Part shown: piece by piece, positions 10,500 through 19,682 of the stretch
How positions within the stretch are numbered: the stretch's first letter is position 1
How the letters are laid out: each line of letters opens with the position of its first letter
Assembly (NCBI GenBank): GCA_034520665.1
Contig: JAXHNJ010000001.1
Span: 194,579 to 258,578 of the forward strand
Length of the DNA stretch: 64,000 bases
Source of the DNA: Patescibacteria group bacterium
GTDB lineage: Bacteria > Patescibacteriota > Patescibacteriia > JAXHNJ01
Reading direction: 5' to 3'
Made by a program: the position numbers and the translations under genes
The notes under the pieces: generated by a model
Seen by the model: only the letters and a program-made list of their open reading frames with translations
Told to the model about the DNA's origin: nothing
The model's database searches: none

Positions 10500-10985
10500 T
10501 CGCGAGAAGAACTGGTCTCCAGACCTGTTCTGGCAATATATTTACTAAGCTCAAGGTCGAGTGACTCGAGAAGGTTGGATCTCCTGATCCAACCGAATAA
10601 GGTGGCGCGGATCAGGAGATCCGCGCTTCTCGGGTAATTTTAAGGGCTTCCTTGACAGTTTGTTTTATACTAGGTAGAGGCAGGTCATGGCTCGCCTCTA
10701 GGCCTGGTTCATTAATATTAAAAATAAATTTAAACAAAAGCATAATATTTGAATATTTAATATATAGCGGGAATAGGGATTCCTATCTACGCAGCTTTAT
10801 TTAAACGCAGAGATAAGTCCTTGCTTTTGCGAAAACAAACCTCTTCATCCGCGTAGCTGGAGATTTATCTCCAGATTCAAATCGCCGGATAAATCCGGCG
10901 CCAGAGAGATTAGAATAATATTATTTCCTGGCGCAACATTTATGTGGCGAAATTTTAAAAAAGATTTATCCGCCAGTATAAAACT
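10500..10985. repeat. Cluster of REP-like palindromes
   Basis: Several GC-rich hairpins in AT-rich intergenic DNA, e.g. GGATCTCCTGATCC...GGATCAGGAGATCC, GTAGAGGC...GCCTCTA, CTGGAGATTTATCTCCAG, CGCCGGATAAATCCGGCG. Confidence 0.75.
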
Positions 10986-11077
10986 TAACCCCATAAATCT
11001 CTTGATTCATTATACAGACTTTCGCTTGCTTCAAAAGGTAAAATAAGGTAAATTATAAATATAGATAAACAAAACTT

Positions 11078-11701
11078 ATGAAACATTTAGTCGAAAAATT
11101 AAAAAGAGAGGGGATACTGAAAACCCCGCGAATTATTAAAGCTTTTACAGAGATCAATCGGGCTGATTTTATGCTGGAAGAATTTAAGGATGATTATGAA
11201 GAGGATATTCCCATGTCAATAAATTACGGTCAGACTATTTCTCAACCCCTAACCGTGGCTTTTATGCTAGAGTTACTGCAGCCCCAAGAAGGGGATAGGA
11301 TTATGGATGTTGGTTCGGGTTCAGCCTGGAGCAGTGCCTTATTGGCTTATATAGTCGGTGAAGAGGGTAAGGTTTATGCAGTAGAAAGAATTCCCCAGCT
11401 AAAAACTTTTGGCGAGAATAATTTGAAAAAATACGGCTTTTCTAATATTGAATTATTTTGCGGGGACGGCACTCGGGGTTTGGCTGAATTTGCTCCCTTT
11501 AATTGTATTCAGGTAGCCGCGGCCGCCCAGAAAAAAATTCCTGAATCTCTGAAAGAACAACTAGAGATTGGCGGTCGTTTAGTGATACCTGTGGGGCAGG
11601 GCAGTCAGGAGATGATTCTTTTGACTAAGAAAACCAAGAATAATTTTAAAGAAGAAAAATATCCTGGCTTTCAGTTTGTGCCTTTGATTGAAGAAGAATA
11701 A
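11078..11701 (+). CDS. pcm: Protein-L-isoaspartate O-methyltransferase
   Basis: GQTISQP, DVGSGS, QLxxGGRLVIPVG, FVPL motifs. Confidence 0.93.
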   Translation: MKHLVEKLKREGILKTPRIIKAFTEINRADFMLEEFKDDYEEDIPMSINYGQTISQPLTVAFMLELLQPQEGDRIMDVGSGSAWSSALLAYIVGEEGKVYAVERIPQLKTFGENNLKKYGFSNIELFCGDGTRGLAEFAPFNCIQVAAAAQKKIPESLKEQLEIGGRLVIPVGQGSQEMILLTKKTKNNFKEEKYPGFQFVPLIEEE

Positions 11702-11775
11702 AAACCACGAATTTATCAATCACTAATCTCACTAATATTTATTCTCTTTTTAATAGAGTCTAAACAATTTAAATT

Positions 11776-12852
11776 ATGAAAGTAATTATATTGGCCGGCG
11801 GCGGCGGTACCAGGCTCTGGCCGGTCAGCCGTAAAAAAAGTCCCAAGCAGTCCCAGAAGATTTTGGGTCAAGAAACATTGCTGCAAAAAACCTTTAAGCG
11901 TCTGAAAAAAGGTTTGAATTTGAATAGTATTTATATTTCTACTGGTCAAGATTATTATCAGGAAGTAAAAAAACAAATTCCAGCTTTAAAAAAATCCCAG
12001 TATATATTAGAACCCCAGGCTAAAAACACGGCGGCTGCTATTGGTCTAGCCGCTTGTATTTTGCATAAAAAAAACCCGGAAGAAATAATGGTTATGGCTA
12101 ACGCTGATCATTATATTGATAAAGAAGCTGAATATATTAGAGTTTTAAAAACAGCCGAAAAAGCAGTTCAAAAATATCCAAACCAAACCGTATTAATCGG
12201 CCTTAAGCCGGAGTATCCGGAAACCGGCTATGGTTATATTAAATTTTCTTCTCTTAAAGATAAGATCGGAAAATATAAAATTTATCAAGGAGATAGATTT
12301 GTTGAAAAACCGGATCATAAAAAAGCCAAGCAATACATTAAAAAAGGCCATTACCTCTGGAATCCGGCTATGTTTTGCTGGCGGGTGGAGCATTTATTAA
12401 ATTTATTTAAAAAACATTTACCGGCCCATTACCAGTCTTTAATGAAAATTCAAAAAGCCCGGGGCACCAAAAAAGAAAAGTCTACATTAGAAAAAGAATT
12501 TAAAAAGATGAAAAATATTTCTATAGACTTTGGCTTGATGGAAAAAATAAAAAAGATGCTGGTTATTCCGGCTTCTTTTGGCTGGATTGATGTTGGCAGC
12601 TGGCGTAGTGTCAAGGAAATACTATCAAAAAACCCGGGCGAAAATGTTATCCGAGGTAATCATATCGGCGTGGACACCAAAGGTACCATGGTTTATAATT
12701 TATCCCAGCAACTCATTGCCACGGCCGGAGTCGAGGATATGATAATTATTAATACCAGTGATGCTATTTTAGTTTGTCCTCTGGACCAGGCGCAAAAGGT
12801 TAAAAAAATCGTGGCCAGGTTGAAAAAACAAAATAAGAATAAATATTTATAA
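11776..12852 (+). CDS. manC: Mannose-1-phosphate guanylyltransferase
   Basis: LAGGGGTRLWPVSR..PKQ, EP..KNTA, PETGYGYI, FVEKP, W.DVGSW motifs. Confidence 0.92.
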   Translation: MKVIILAGGGGTRLWPVSRKKSPKQSQKILGQETLLQKTFKRLKKGLNLNSIYISTGQDYYQEVKKQIPALKKSQYILEPQAKNTAAAIGLAACILHKKNPEEIMVMANADHYIDKEAEYIRVLKTAEKAVQKYPNQTVLIGLKPEYPETGYGYIKFSSLKDKIGKYKIYQGDRFVEKPDHKKAKQYIKKGHYLWNPAMFCWRVEHLLNLFKKHLPAHYQSLMKIQKARGTKKEKSTLEKEFKKMKNISIDFGLMEKIKKMLVIPASFGWIDVGSWRSVKEILSKNPGENVIRGNHIGVDTKGTMVYNLSQQLIATAGVEDMIIINTSDAILVCPLDQAQKVKKIVARLKKQNKNKYL

Positions 12853-13884
12853 ATGTCACCTCGTAAAAAAATTTATTATATTTCTATCTCTCTAGTATTA
12901 GTTTTGGTGCTAGTGATTTTTTATTTTGTTAATTTAATTTCCACGCCAGCCTCAGATGAAAATTTAGAAAAAGAAATAATTATTAAAAAAGGCGAAGGTC
13001 TCTCAACCATTGCCGAGGTTTTAGAAGCCAAGCATTTAATTAATAATGTAACCGCTTTTAAAATATATGCTTTTATTGAAGGTGTGGCTTCCAAACTACA
13101 GGCCGGTACTTATAAACTTTCTACTAGTATGACGGTTAAAGATATAGTACAGGTCTTAAGTCAGGGAAAATTACTTTCCAACGAAAGAACTATTAAAATT
13201 TTAGAGGGATGGAATAACCAGGAAATTGCTGATTATCTGGCAGAAAATGAGATTGTGGCCAAAGATGATTTTTTAACAGCCGCCGGAGTAACTAATTCCC
13301 AGGAGATATTACCAGATGAAAGTTATGATTTTTTAAGTGATAAAGATGAATCAGTAGATTTAGAAGGTTATCTTTACCCGGATACTTACCGTATTTATAA
13401 AGATTCTGAGGCCAAAGATATTATTAAAAAAATGCTGGATAATTTTGGTGATAAATTAACCAGTGATTTAAGAGTAGAAGTAGAAAATCAGGACAAAACT
13501 ATTTTTGAGATTGTTACCCTAGCTTCAATATTAGAAAAAGAGTTGGAAAAATATGAGGATAAGCAGATGGCAGCCGATCTTTTTTACCGACGGATGGAGA
13601 TGGGTATGCCGCTTCAGTCAGACGCTACCGTTAATTATGCCACTGGCAAATCTGAAAGACAGCCAACCTATTCTGACTTAGAAGTTGACTCACGCTATAA
13701 TACATATAAATACCAGGGCTTGCCACCGGGTCCAATTTGTAATCCTTCCATTGAATCCATCAAAGCGGCCATATATCCTGTTGATAATGAGTATTACTAT
13801 TACTTGCACCCGGAAGACGGGGAAACAGTCTGGTCACGCACCGGTGAAGAACACGCCGAAAACAAGGCCCGGTATTTGGATTAA
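12853..13884 (+). CDS. mltG: Endolytic transglycosylase MltG
   Basis: LEGYLYPDTY, LASILEKE, LQSDAT, YNTY...GLPPGPICNP. Confidence 0.95.
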   Translation: MSPRKKIYYISISLVLVLVLVIFYFVNLISTPASDENLEKEIIIKKGEGLSTIAEVLEAKHLINNVTAFKIYAFIEGVASKLQAGTYKLSTSMTVKDIVQVLSQGKLLSNERTIKILEGWNNQEIADYLAENEIVAKDDFLTAAGVTNSQEILPDESYDFLSDKDESVDLEGYLYPDTYRIYKDSEAKDIIKKMLDNFGDKLTSDLRVEVENQDKTIFEIVTLASILEKELEKYEDKQMAADLFYRRMEMGMPLQSDATVNYATGKSERQPTYSDLEVDSRYNTYKYQGLPPGPICNPSIESIKAAIYPVDNEYYYYLHPEDGETVWSRTGEEHAENKARYLD

Positions 13885-14043
13885 TATTAAATATAGCCTT
13901 GACATAAACTGATTTTTGGTTTATTTTATATTGATAGTGTAATTATTGTAGTTAATCAAAAAAAAGCAAGAAAGGAGGAAAATCTTAATTTTTGGTTAAT
14001 TAGTTAGATGGTTCTTTTTAAACTTACCTAAGGGGAGGTTTTT

Positions 14044-14727
14044 TTGATGAAAACTACTGCGATTATCATGTTTGTCCTTCTTTTCGCTTGTTCGGTTTCG
14101 GCCGATTGTCTCTATCCGCCCAATGACGGGATCTACACCACCACTGATGAGACCATACTCGGCGGCCGGGCTTCCGAAGCCTGGTGCTCGGGCAATCCTG
14201 GACAGGCCGGCAACACAATCAACGCCATGTCCTGGAACGGAACAACTCTGGCCGGGCAATGGAAAGTCTGGGGAATGATCAGTGAGGGAGCCGTAGAAAC
14301 GGCCCGTGATATTGATGAAAATGGCACCGGCTGGATAGATTACGTTACCGACTACAATGAAGGCCGGTTCTGGCTGGACGGCGAAACATTCGGCAGCGGT
14401 TTAATGGATTACCAGGGGGATATCAGTTACTTCAATGTTTCAACCCGGGTGAGCTATGTTGGTGGCGAAATGATCGGTGTCACTTCCAATATTCTCTTTA
14501 CCGGGATTTTTGACGACTGCGGCTGTGCTATCGAGTACGCCATTACCAACGCCATGCTGGTTTGGCAAACCGGCCAGCCCAATCAGCCGGCGGATTATCC
14601 GCCCTTCTTGTGCGCAGCCAATTCCGGCGAGTTTTTTGACATCTGCTGCATCCAGGCAAAGATTTACTGCGACCCGATCAGCACCGATGATTCAAGCTGG
14701 GGGGCGATCAAAGGCCTCTATAAGTAG
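14044..14727 (+). CDS. Secreted Cys-containing hypothetical protein with C-terminal WGxIKxLY motif; elevated GC
   Basis: Signal peptide; ends SSWGAIKGLYK; visibly GC-richer than neighbouring genes. Confidence 0.75.
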   Translation: MMKTTAIIMFVLLFACSVSADCLYPPNDGIYTTTDETILGGRASEAWCSGNPGQAGNTINAMSWNGTTLAGQWKVWGMISEGAVETARDIDENGTGWIDYVTDYNEGRFWLDGETFGSGLMDYQGDISYFNVSTRVSYVGGEMIGVTSNILFTGIFDDCGCAIEYAITNAMLVWQTGQPNQPADYPPFLCAANSGEFFDICCIQAKIYCDPISTDDSSWGAIKGLYK

Positions 14728-14747
14728 CCATTTTTTTACGCAAAAGC

Positions 14748-14778
14748 AAACCCGCTCAATCTTTGAGCGGGTTTTTTC
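14748..14778. terminator. Intrinsic terminator between convergent genes
   Basis: AAACCCGCTCAA-TCT-TTGAGCGGGTTTTTT. Confidence 0.8.
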
Positions 14779-14799
14779 TATTTGAGAAAAGCACTCTTT

Positions 14800-15474
14800 T
14801 TAAAACCGATCCGGATAATTAGAAAAAAGTCCGTCGACTCCCAAGTTTTTCATTCTCTCGATATCATCTTTATCATTTACTGTCCAGACAAATATTTTTA
14901 AGCCTCGCGCATGAGCGTCATCAACAAATTCCTGGTTAATAAATTCCAAGTTTGGATTAATCGAATAAGTTCCCATTTTCTCGGCCAAAGTAGCGTAGTC
15001 AGCCGGCATGCCGCAGAGAAGAGCGCCAATTTTAATTTTTGGCTGAAGTTTTTTAATTTTTTGCAGTTCAATATGATTAAATGAACTAATTATAAAATCT
15101 TCATCACTCCAGCCTTTATTTTTGTATTGATTGATTATTTGGGCAACTGATTGGGCTGTGTTTTCTTCTTTAAGTTCAATATTAACGGGTACTTTTTTAT
15201 CAATTAAATCAAGGACTTGTCTTAAGGTAGGAATTTTTTCACCGGCTACGGCCTCCAGCTTTTTTAATTCTTTTAAAGTTTTTTCCCAGACATAACCATG
15301 GCCATTTGTGGTTCGGTCAACTTTATCATCATGCATAACAACTAATTCTTCGCTGTGACATTGATAAACATCCAGCTCTATCATATCAACTTTTAGGTCA
15401 AGTGCTTTTTGAAAAGAGGCTAAAGTGTTTTCCGGAGCGTAACCGGCGGCGCCTCTGTGTCCAATTTTAAACAT
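14800..15474 (-). CDS. Glycerophosphodiester phosphodiesterase
   Basis: GHRGA...PENT, IELDV, VMHD..VDRTT, IELK, WTVND motifs. Confidence 0.93.
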   Translation of the reverse strand: MFKIGHRGAAGYAPENTLASFQKALDLKVDMIELDVYQCHSEELVVMHDDKVDRTTNGHGYVWEKTLKELKKLEAVAGEKIPTLRQVLDLIDKKVPVNIELKEENTAQSVAQIINQYKNKGWSDEDFIISSFNHIELQKIKKLQPKIKIGALLCGMPADYATLAEKMGTYSINPNLEFINQEFVDDAHARGLKIFVWTVNDKDDIERMKNLGVDGLFSNYPDRF

Positions 15475-15512
15475 ATTTTTTTATTATTATTTATATGTTA
15501 TTATTATAACAT

Positions 15513-16199
15513 ATGAAAACAAAAAAAACTCATATTATTTCACTCGGTGGTTCAATAATTGTGCCGGATAAAATCAATATCACTTTTCTTAAAAAATTCA
15601 GGAAAATGATTTTATCTTTAGTCAAAAAAGGCCATCGATTTGTTATTGTTACGGGAGGAGGGAATACCGGAAGAGTTTATAATCAGGCGGCTAAAAAAAT
15701 TGCTAAAATTAAAGATATTGACCTTGATTGGCTGGGTATCGCGGCTACTAAAATGAACGCGGAATTTATTCGGGTTATTTTTTCGGACTCTGCTTTTAAA
15801 AAAGTTATTACTAATCCAACTAAAAAAGTAAAAACAAATAAGAAAATTATTATTGGCTCTGGCTGGCGCCCGGGCTGCTCTTCGGATAAAGACACGGTTT
15901 TATTGGCCAAGCAGTTTAAAGCCAAAACTGTGATCAATCTTTTTGATAAAGATTATGTTTATGATAAAGATCCGGATAAATATAAAACAGCCCGCCCCCT
16001 CAAAGAAATTTCCTGGTCTGATTATTTAAAGATTATCGGCACTCAGTGGTCACCGCGTCTTTCCACACCCTTTGACCCGGAAGCTTCTAAGTTGGCTAAA
16101 AAGCATAAAATAAAAGTAATTATTATCAAAGGGACTAATTTAAAAAATTTGAAAAATTATTTATCCGGTAAAAAATATAAAGGAACGATCATTAAATAA
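15513..16199 (+). CDS. pyrH: UMP kinase (archaeal-type)
   Basis: ISLGGS, VTGGG, D.LGIAAT, PG.SSD, VYDKDP, PFDP motifs. Confidence 0.88.
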   Translation: MKTKKTHIISLGGSIIVPDKINITFLKKFRKMILSLVKKGHRFVIVTGGGNTGRVYNQAAKKIAKIKDIDLDWLGIAATKMNAEFIRVIFSDSAFKKVITNPTKKVKTNKKIIIGSGWRPGCSSDKDTVLLAKQFKAKTVINLFDKDYVYDKDPDKYKTARPLKEISWSDYLKIIGTQWSPRLSTPFDPEASKLAKKHKIKVIIIKGTNLKNLKNYLSGKKYKGTIIK

Positions 16200-16477
16200 T
16201 GATAAAATTTCTTCATATAATAAATATTGTTTTATTTCTGGTTAGTATAATTATTCCGCCGCTTGATATAGCTTGTCCGGCCAGAAAAGCAGTAAACATA
16301 ACTATGTTTTGTTTATTGGCGGTAGTTTTATTGGTAGATTTGTTTTTTATATTTTACTTTAATAAAAAAGAAAAAACCACTCATAAAAATTTAAGATATT
16401 TATTTATTTTTTACTTTTGTTTAATACTGGTTTTTGGCTCAATATTTTTTCTCTGGAGTCTTAGTTTAGTCTGTTAA
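16199..16477 (+). CDS. Small membrane protein
   Basis: Three hydrophobic segments; start overlaps the pyrH stop. Confidence 0.6.
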   Translation: MIKFLHIINIVLFLVSIIIPPLDIACPARKAVNITMFCLLAVVLLVDLFFIFYFNKKEKTTHKNLRYLFIFYFCLILVFGSIFFLWSLSLVC

Positions 16478-16501
16478 ATTTAATTAACTAAATACAAATT
16501 T

Positions 16502-17308
16502 ATGGAAAACATTAAAACTCAGAGCGAGGCCTTAATTGACGACGGCCAAAGACGGAAGTTTAAAAATCTAAGAATTTTTAACTTAGTCATGTTCTTTTTT
16601 CACGCGGTTCAAGGGGTTTTAATGCTGATTTTATCTTCTGATTTTGCTTTACCAGTAACTTCCAGTTTTGTGGAAATGAATCAAGCCACTAGTAAACTGG
16701 CCCCTGTTTTAAAGACCGAATTTACTTTAGAAATTGGGCCACTGGTGGCTGGATTTTTGTTTTTGTCAGCTCTGGCTCATTTATTAGTATCCACGGTTTT
16801 TTATAAGTGGTATGTTAGAAATTTAAAGAAGGGGATAAATCCGGCCCGTTGGATTGAGTATTCTTTTTCAGCGTCTTTAATGATTGTGGTTATTTCTATG
16901 TTAGTTGGTATTTATGATGGTGTGGCTTTAATTTTAATTTTCTTTTTGAACGTTATGATGATTCTTTTTGGCTGGGTCATGGAAGTGCATAATCAAACCA
17001 CAAAAAAAACCAATTGGCTTTCTTATATCTTTGGCTGTCTAGCCGGCGCTATTCCCTGGATAGCTATAGCCATTTATTTATTCAGTGCCGGCGAAGGGGA
17101 TAACAAGGCGCCGACTTTTGTCTACTGGATTTTCTTTTCTATCTTTATTTTCTTTAATATTTTTGCCATTAATATGATTTTACAGTACAAAAAAACTGGT
17201 AAATGGAGAGATTATCTTTTTGGCGAGAAAGTTTATATTATTTTAAGCCTGGTGGCCAAGACACTTTTAGCCTGGCAGGTTTTTGCTGGTACTTTAAGGC
17301 CAGTGTAG
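16502..17308 (+). CDS. Heliorhodopsin
   Basis: 7 TM; H(AVQ), LSALAH, NPARWIEYSFSASLM and TM7 YIILSLVAKTLLAW with the retinal-binding Lys. Confidence 0.93.
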   Translation: MENIKTQSEALIDDGQRRKFKNLRIFNLVMFFFHAVQGVLMLILSSDFALPVTSSFVEMNQATSKLAPVLKTEFTLEIGPLVAGFLFLSALAHLLVSTVFYKWYVRNLKKGINPARWIEYSFSASLMIVVISMLVGIYDGVALILIFFLNVMMILFGWVMEVHNQTTKKTNWLSYIFGCLAGAIPWIAIAIYLFSAGEGDNKAPTFVYWIFFSIFIFFNIFAINMILQYKKTGKWRDYLFGEKVYIILSLVAKTLLAWQVFAGTLRPV

Positions 17309-17432
17309 GGAATGTAGAAGTCGTTGAAGGCGTTGAAGGTGTTCAAAGCGTCTTTAGGTTTTAATTTTGACTAGTCTCTAAGCGACTTTAACAAGCAAAA
17401 TCAATTTAACAATTTTATCCATTAAACATTCT

Positions 17433-17765
17433 ATGCGTATCTGGGATATTGACCCAAAATATTTATGCCGCCAGCATTTGCTGGGCGAGCACCGGGAGCT
17501 TCATGCTATTTGGACTATTTTGACTAAAAATAAAAAAGGCTATTCTCATCATCCGGAAACCTTAAGATGGCGAGGCAAACTCAAGGCGTTGTTTAATCGC
17601 CACGAAAAAATATTAAAAGAAATGAAAAAAAGAGGCTACCAGGAAGCCTCGCCCTTGAATAAAAAATTAGCTAAGGGTAAGACCCGGCAGGATGTTTTTA
17701 TAAATACTAAAAAGGAACAAAAAGAAATTTTAAAGAAAAAGAAATGCGGGTGTTTTAGTAATTAA
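17433..17765 (+). CDS. Pyrimidine dimer DNA glycosylase / endonuclease V family
   Basis: MRIWDIDPKYLCRQHLLGEHRELH, HPET.RW, EM..RGY motifs. Confidence 0.85.
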   Translation: MRIWDIDPKYLCRQHLLGEHRELHAIWTILTKNKKGYSHHPETLRWRGKLKALFNRHEKILKEMKKRGYQEASPLNKKLAKGKTRQDVFINTKKEQKEILKKKKCGCFSN

Positions 17766-17853
17766 TTTTTTTGACAGAGATAAAAATTTATGTTAATAAA
17801 TTATCATAGATAGTTTTATTTAATTTGTTCATTTTATTTAAGGAGGTAGCTTC

Positions 17854-18216
17854 ATGCATTGTTTAATTTGTGGAAAAGATTTTTCTGGTAAAACAGAGGA
17901 TATTACAATTATTTCTCATAGAAAAATAAAGTATGCCGTATGTAATAAATGTTACGGTACTTGTGTATCTTGTGGTAAGAAATTTGAACCGGGAAGGGCT
18001 GGCATAACTAGATTAGTCTGCCCTGAATGCCGGAAAGCTCTGAATAGAAAAAATAGAGAGGAAAAATTTAATACTCATTTTTTGGATATGCCGGGTAAAA
18101 GAGCAGATTGGGTCTCTGACGATACATTTAACGAAATAAATAGGAGAAATTTTAAAAGCCGTATTGCGGATTTATTGGGTTGTGAGGATCATAATGAAGA
18201 AAGTTTTTCTTTGTAA
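17854..18216 (+). CDS. Hypothetical zinc-finger protein
   Basis: Four CxxC pairs; AGGAGG ribosome-binding site upstream. Confidence 0.65.
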   Translation: MHCLICGKDFSGKTEDITIISHRKIKYAVCNKCYGTCVSCGKKFEPGRAGITRLVCPECRKALNRKNREEKFNTHFLDMPGKRADWVSDDTFNEINRRNFKSRIADLLGCEDHNEESFSL

Positions 18217-18273
18217 AAGTATTAAAAAATTATGAGGGAATCTTAAAGGTTCCCTCCTTTTTATTATATCTTC

Positions 18274-18301
18274 TTGACATCTAAATTCAATCTGCTATAC
18301 T
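18274..18301 (+). promoter_or_regulatory. Sigma70-type promoter of rplJL
   Basis: TTGACA-16-TATACT with extended TG. Confidence 0.65.
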
Positions 18302-18321
18302 AAGGATAACCTAAAATATTT

Positions 18322-18460
18322 GCCACAGATCGTCGGTGTCGCTTCAGTTGAGCTAAGCTCGACAAGCGCGACTCAATATCCGGCCGAGGTAAACAAAAAA
18401 TGAGGGGAAATCCTTGTTTGTCGTGTAAAAATGGTCTGTGGTAACACAGATCTATTTTTA
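18322..18460 (+). ncRNA. Probable L10 leader (ribosomal protein autoregulatory element)
   Basis: Structured 5' UTR of rplJ with AGATCGTCGGTG...TCAATATCCGGCCGAGG resembling the L10-leader core. Confidence 0.55.
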
Positions 18461-18471
18461 ATCTTAAAAAT

Positions 18472-18993
18472 ATGGCTAAAACTAAGGCAAAAAAAGAAAA
18501 AGATTTAAAAAAAATTAAGAAAAGTTTGTCAGAAATGAAAACCCTGGTTTTTATTGATTATACGGGGGTGGGAGTCAATGAGGTTAATAAATTAAGGGAA
18601 TCCTTGCGGGATAATCAAGTGGAATACTATATTGCTAAGCGTACTTTGCTAAAAAAAGCCTTTAAAGAATCAGATATTGATATTGATTGGGAAAAAGTGC
18701 CGGGCCCAGTAGCTTTAGCTTTTGGTCTGGAAGATGAAGTGATGCCGGCTAAGTTGATGTATGAGTTTAAAAAAGAACATGAAGAAATTGAATTTTTGGG
18801 CGGAGTTTTTGAAGATAATTTCATTGGCAAGGAAAAGGTTTTGGAACTGGCTAAATTACCGAGCCAGGAAGAGCTGATGTTTAAGACGGTTTATCTTATT
18901 AAATACCCGATTACCGGACTAGTCAATACTTTAAAGGGCTCTCTTAATAAATTAGTTTACGCCCTCAAGGCCGTCCAAGAAAGTAAAGTTTAA
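18472..18993 (+). CDS. rplJ: 50S ribosomal protein L10
   Basis: DYTG..V....LR...KRTL, LAKLPS.EEL. Confidence 0.95.
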   Translation: MAKTKAKKEKDLKKIKKSLSEMKTLVFIDYTGVGVNEVNKLRESLRDNQVEYYIAKRTLLKKAFKESDIDIDWEKVPGPVALAFGLEDEVMPAKLMYEFKKEHEEIEFLGGVFEDNFIGKEKVLELAKLPSQEELMFKTVYLIKYPITGLVNTLKGSLNKLVYALKAVQESKV

Positions 18994-19034
18994 TATAAAT
19001 AATAATTAATAAAATTAATAAAGGAAAAATAATT

Positions 19035-19514
19035 ATGGTAGAAGAAAAGAAATCTATTTCCGAAGAATCCAAAGAGGAAACTAAAGAAGAAAAAAAGACT
19101 GAAGAAAAAAAAGAAGCTAAAGATGTTGAGGTGCCGGCTAAGTTCAAAAAAATCGTGGAAGAAATTGAAAAAATGTCAGTGCTTGATCTTTCAGAGTTAG
19201 TCAAAATTCTGGAAGAAAAATTTGACGTTAGTGCGGCCGCTCCTGTGGCTGTGGCTGGCGGAGCCGCTGCTGGCGGAGAAGAAGGGGGAGCTGGCGAAGA
19301 AAAGTCAGAATTTGACGTAGAATTAGTAGAAGCCGGTTCAAACAAAATTAGTGTGATTAAAGTAGTCAGAGCAGTTACTGAAAAAGGTCTTAAAGAGGCC
19401 AAGGGTGTTGTTGATAAAGCACCGCAGGTAATTAAAGAAGCATTACCCAAGGAAGAGGCCGAGAAATTAAAGAAAGAGCTAGAAGAAGCCGGCGCTAAGG
19501 TTAATCTTAAATAA
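19035..19514 (+). CDS. rplL: 50S ribosomal protein L7/L12 with Glu/Lys-rich N-terminal extension
   Basis: [37 protein letters not shown]. Confidence 0.96.
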   Translation: MVEEKKSISEESKEETKEEKKTEEKKEAKDVEVPAKFKKIVEEIEKMSVLDLSELVKILEEKFDVSAAAPVAVAGGAAAGGEEGGAGEEKSEFDVELVEAGSNKISVIKVVRAVTEKGLKEAKGVVDKAPQVIKEALPKEEAEKLKKELEEAGAKVNLK

Positions 19515-19527
19515 AAAAGATTTATAC

Positions 19528-19562
19528 AAAAAAGCACTTCTAAACTAGAGGTGCTTTTTTTT
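19528..19562. terminator. Bidirectional intrinsic terminator
   Basis: AAAAAAGCACTTCTA-AAC-TAGAGGTGCTTTTTTT. Confidence 0.8.
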
Positions 19563-19682
19563 AATTTTTAAATAATGATTTCTCGACTGCGTCGTGCTTA
19601 GTGCGACTTCGCTCGAAATGGATTATTTATTTTAACACCATTTCCACTGAGGAGGGAACGATGAGTGGAGAAATCTTTTAAT

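Noticed and set aside
19035-19130. Glu/Lys-rich N-terminal extension of L7/L12
   Set aside because: Low-complexity extension with no further supporting signal.
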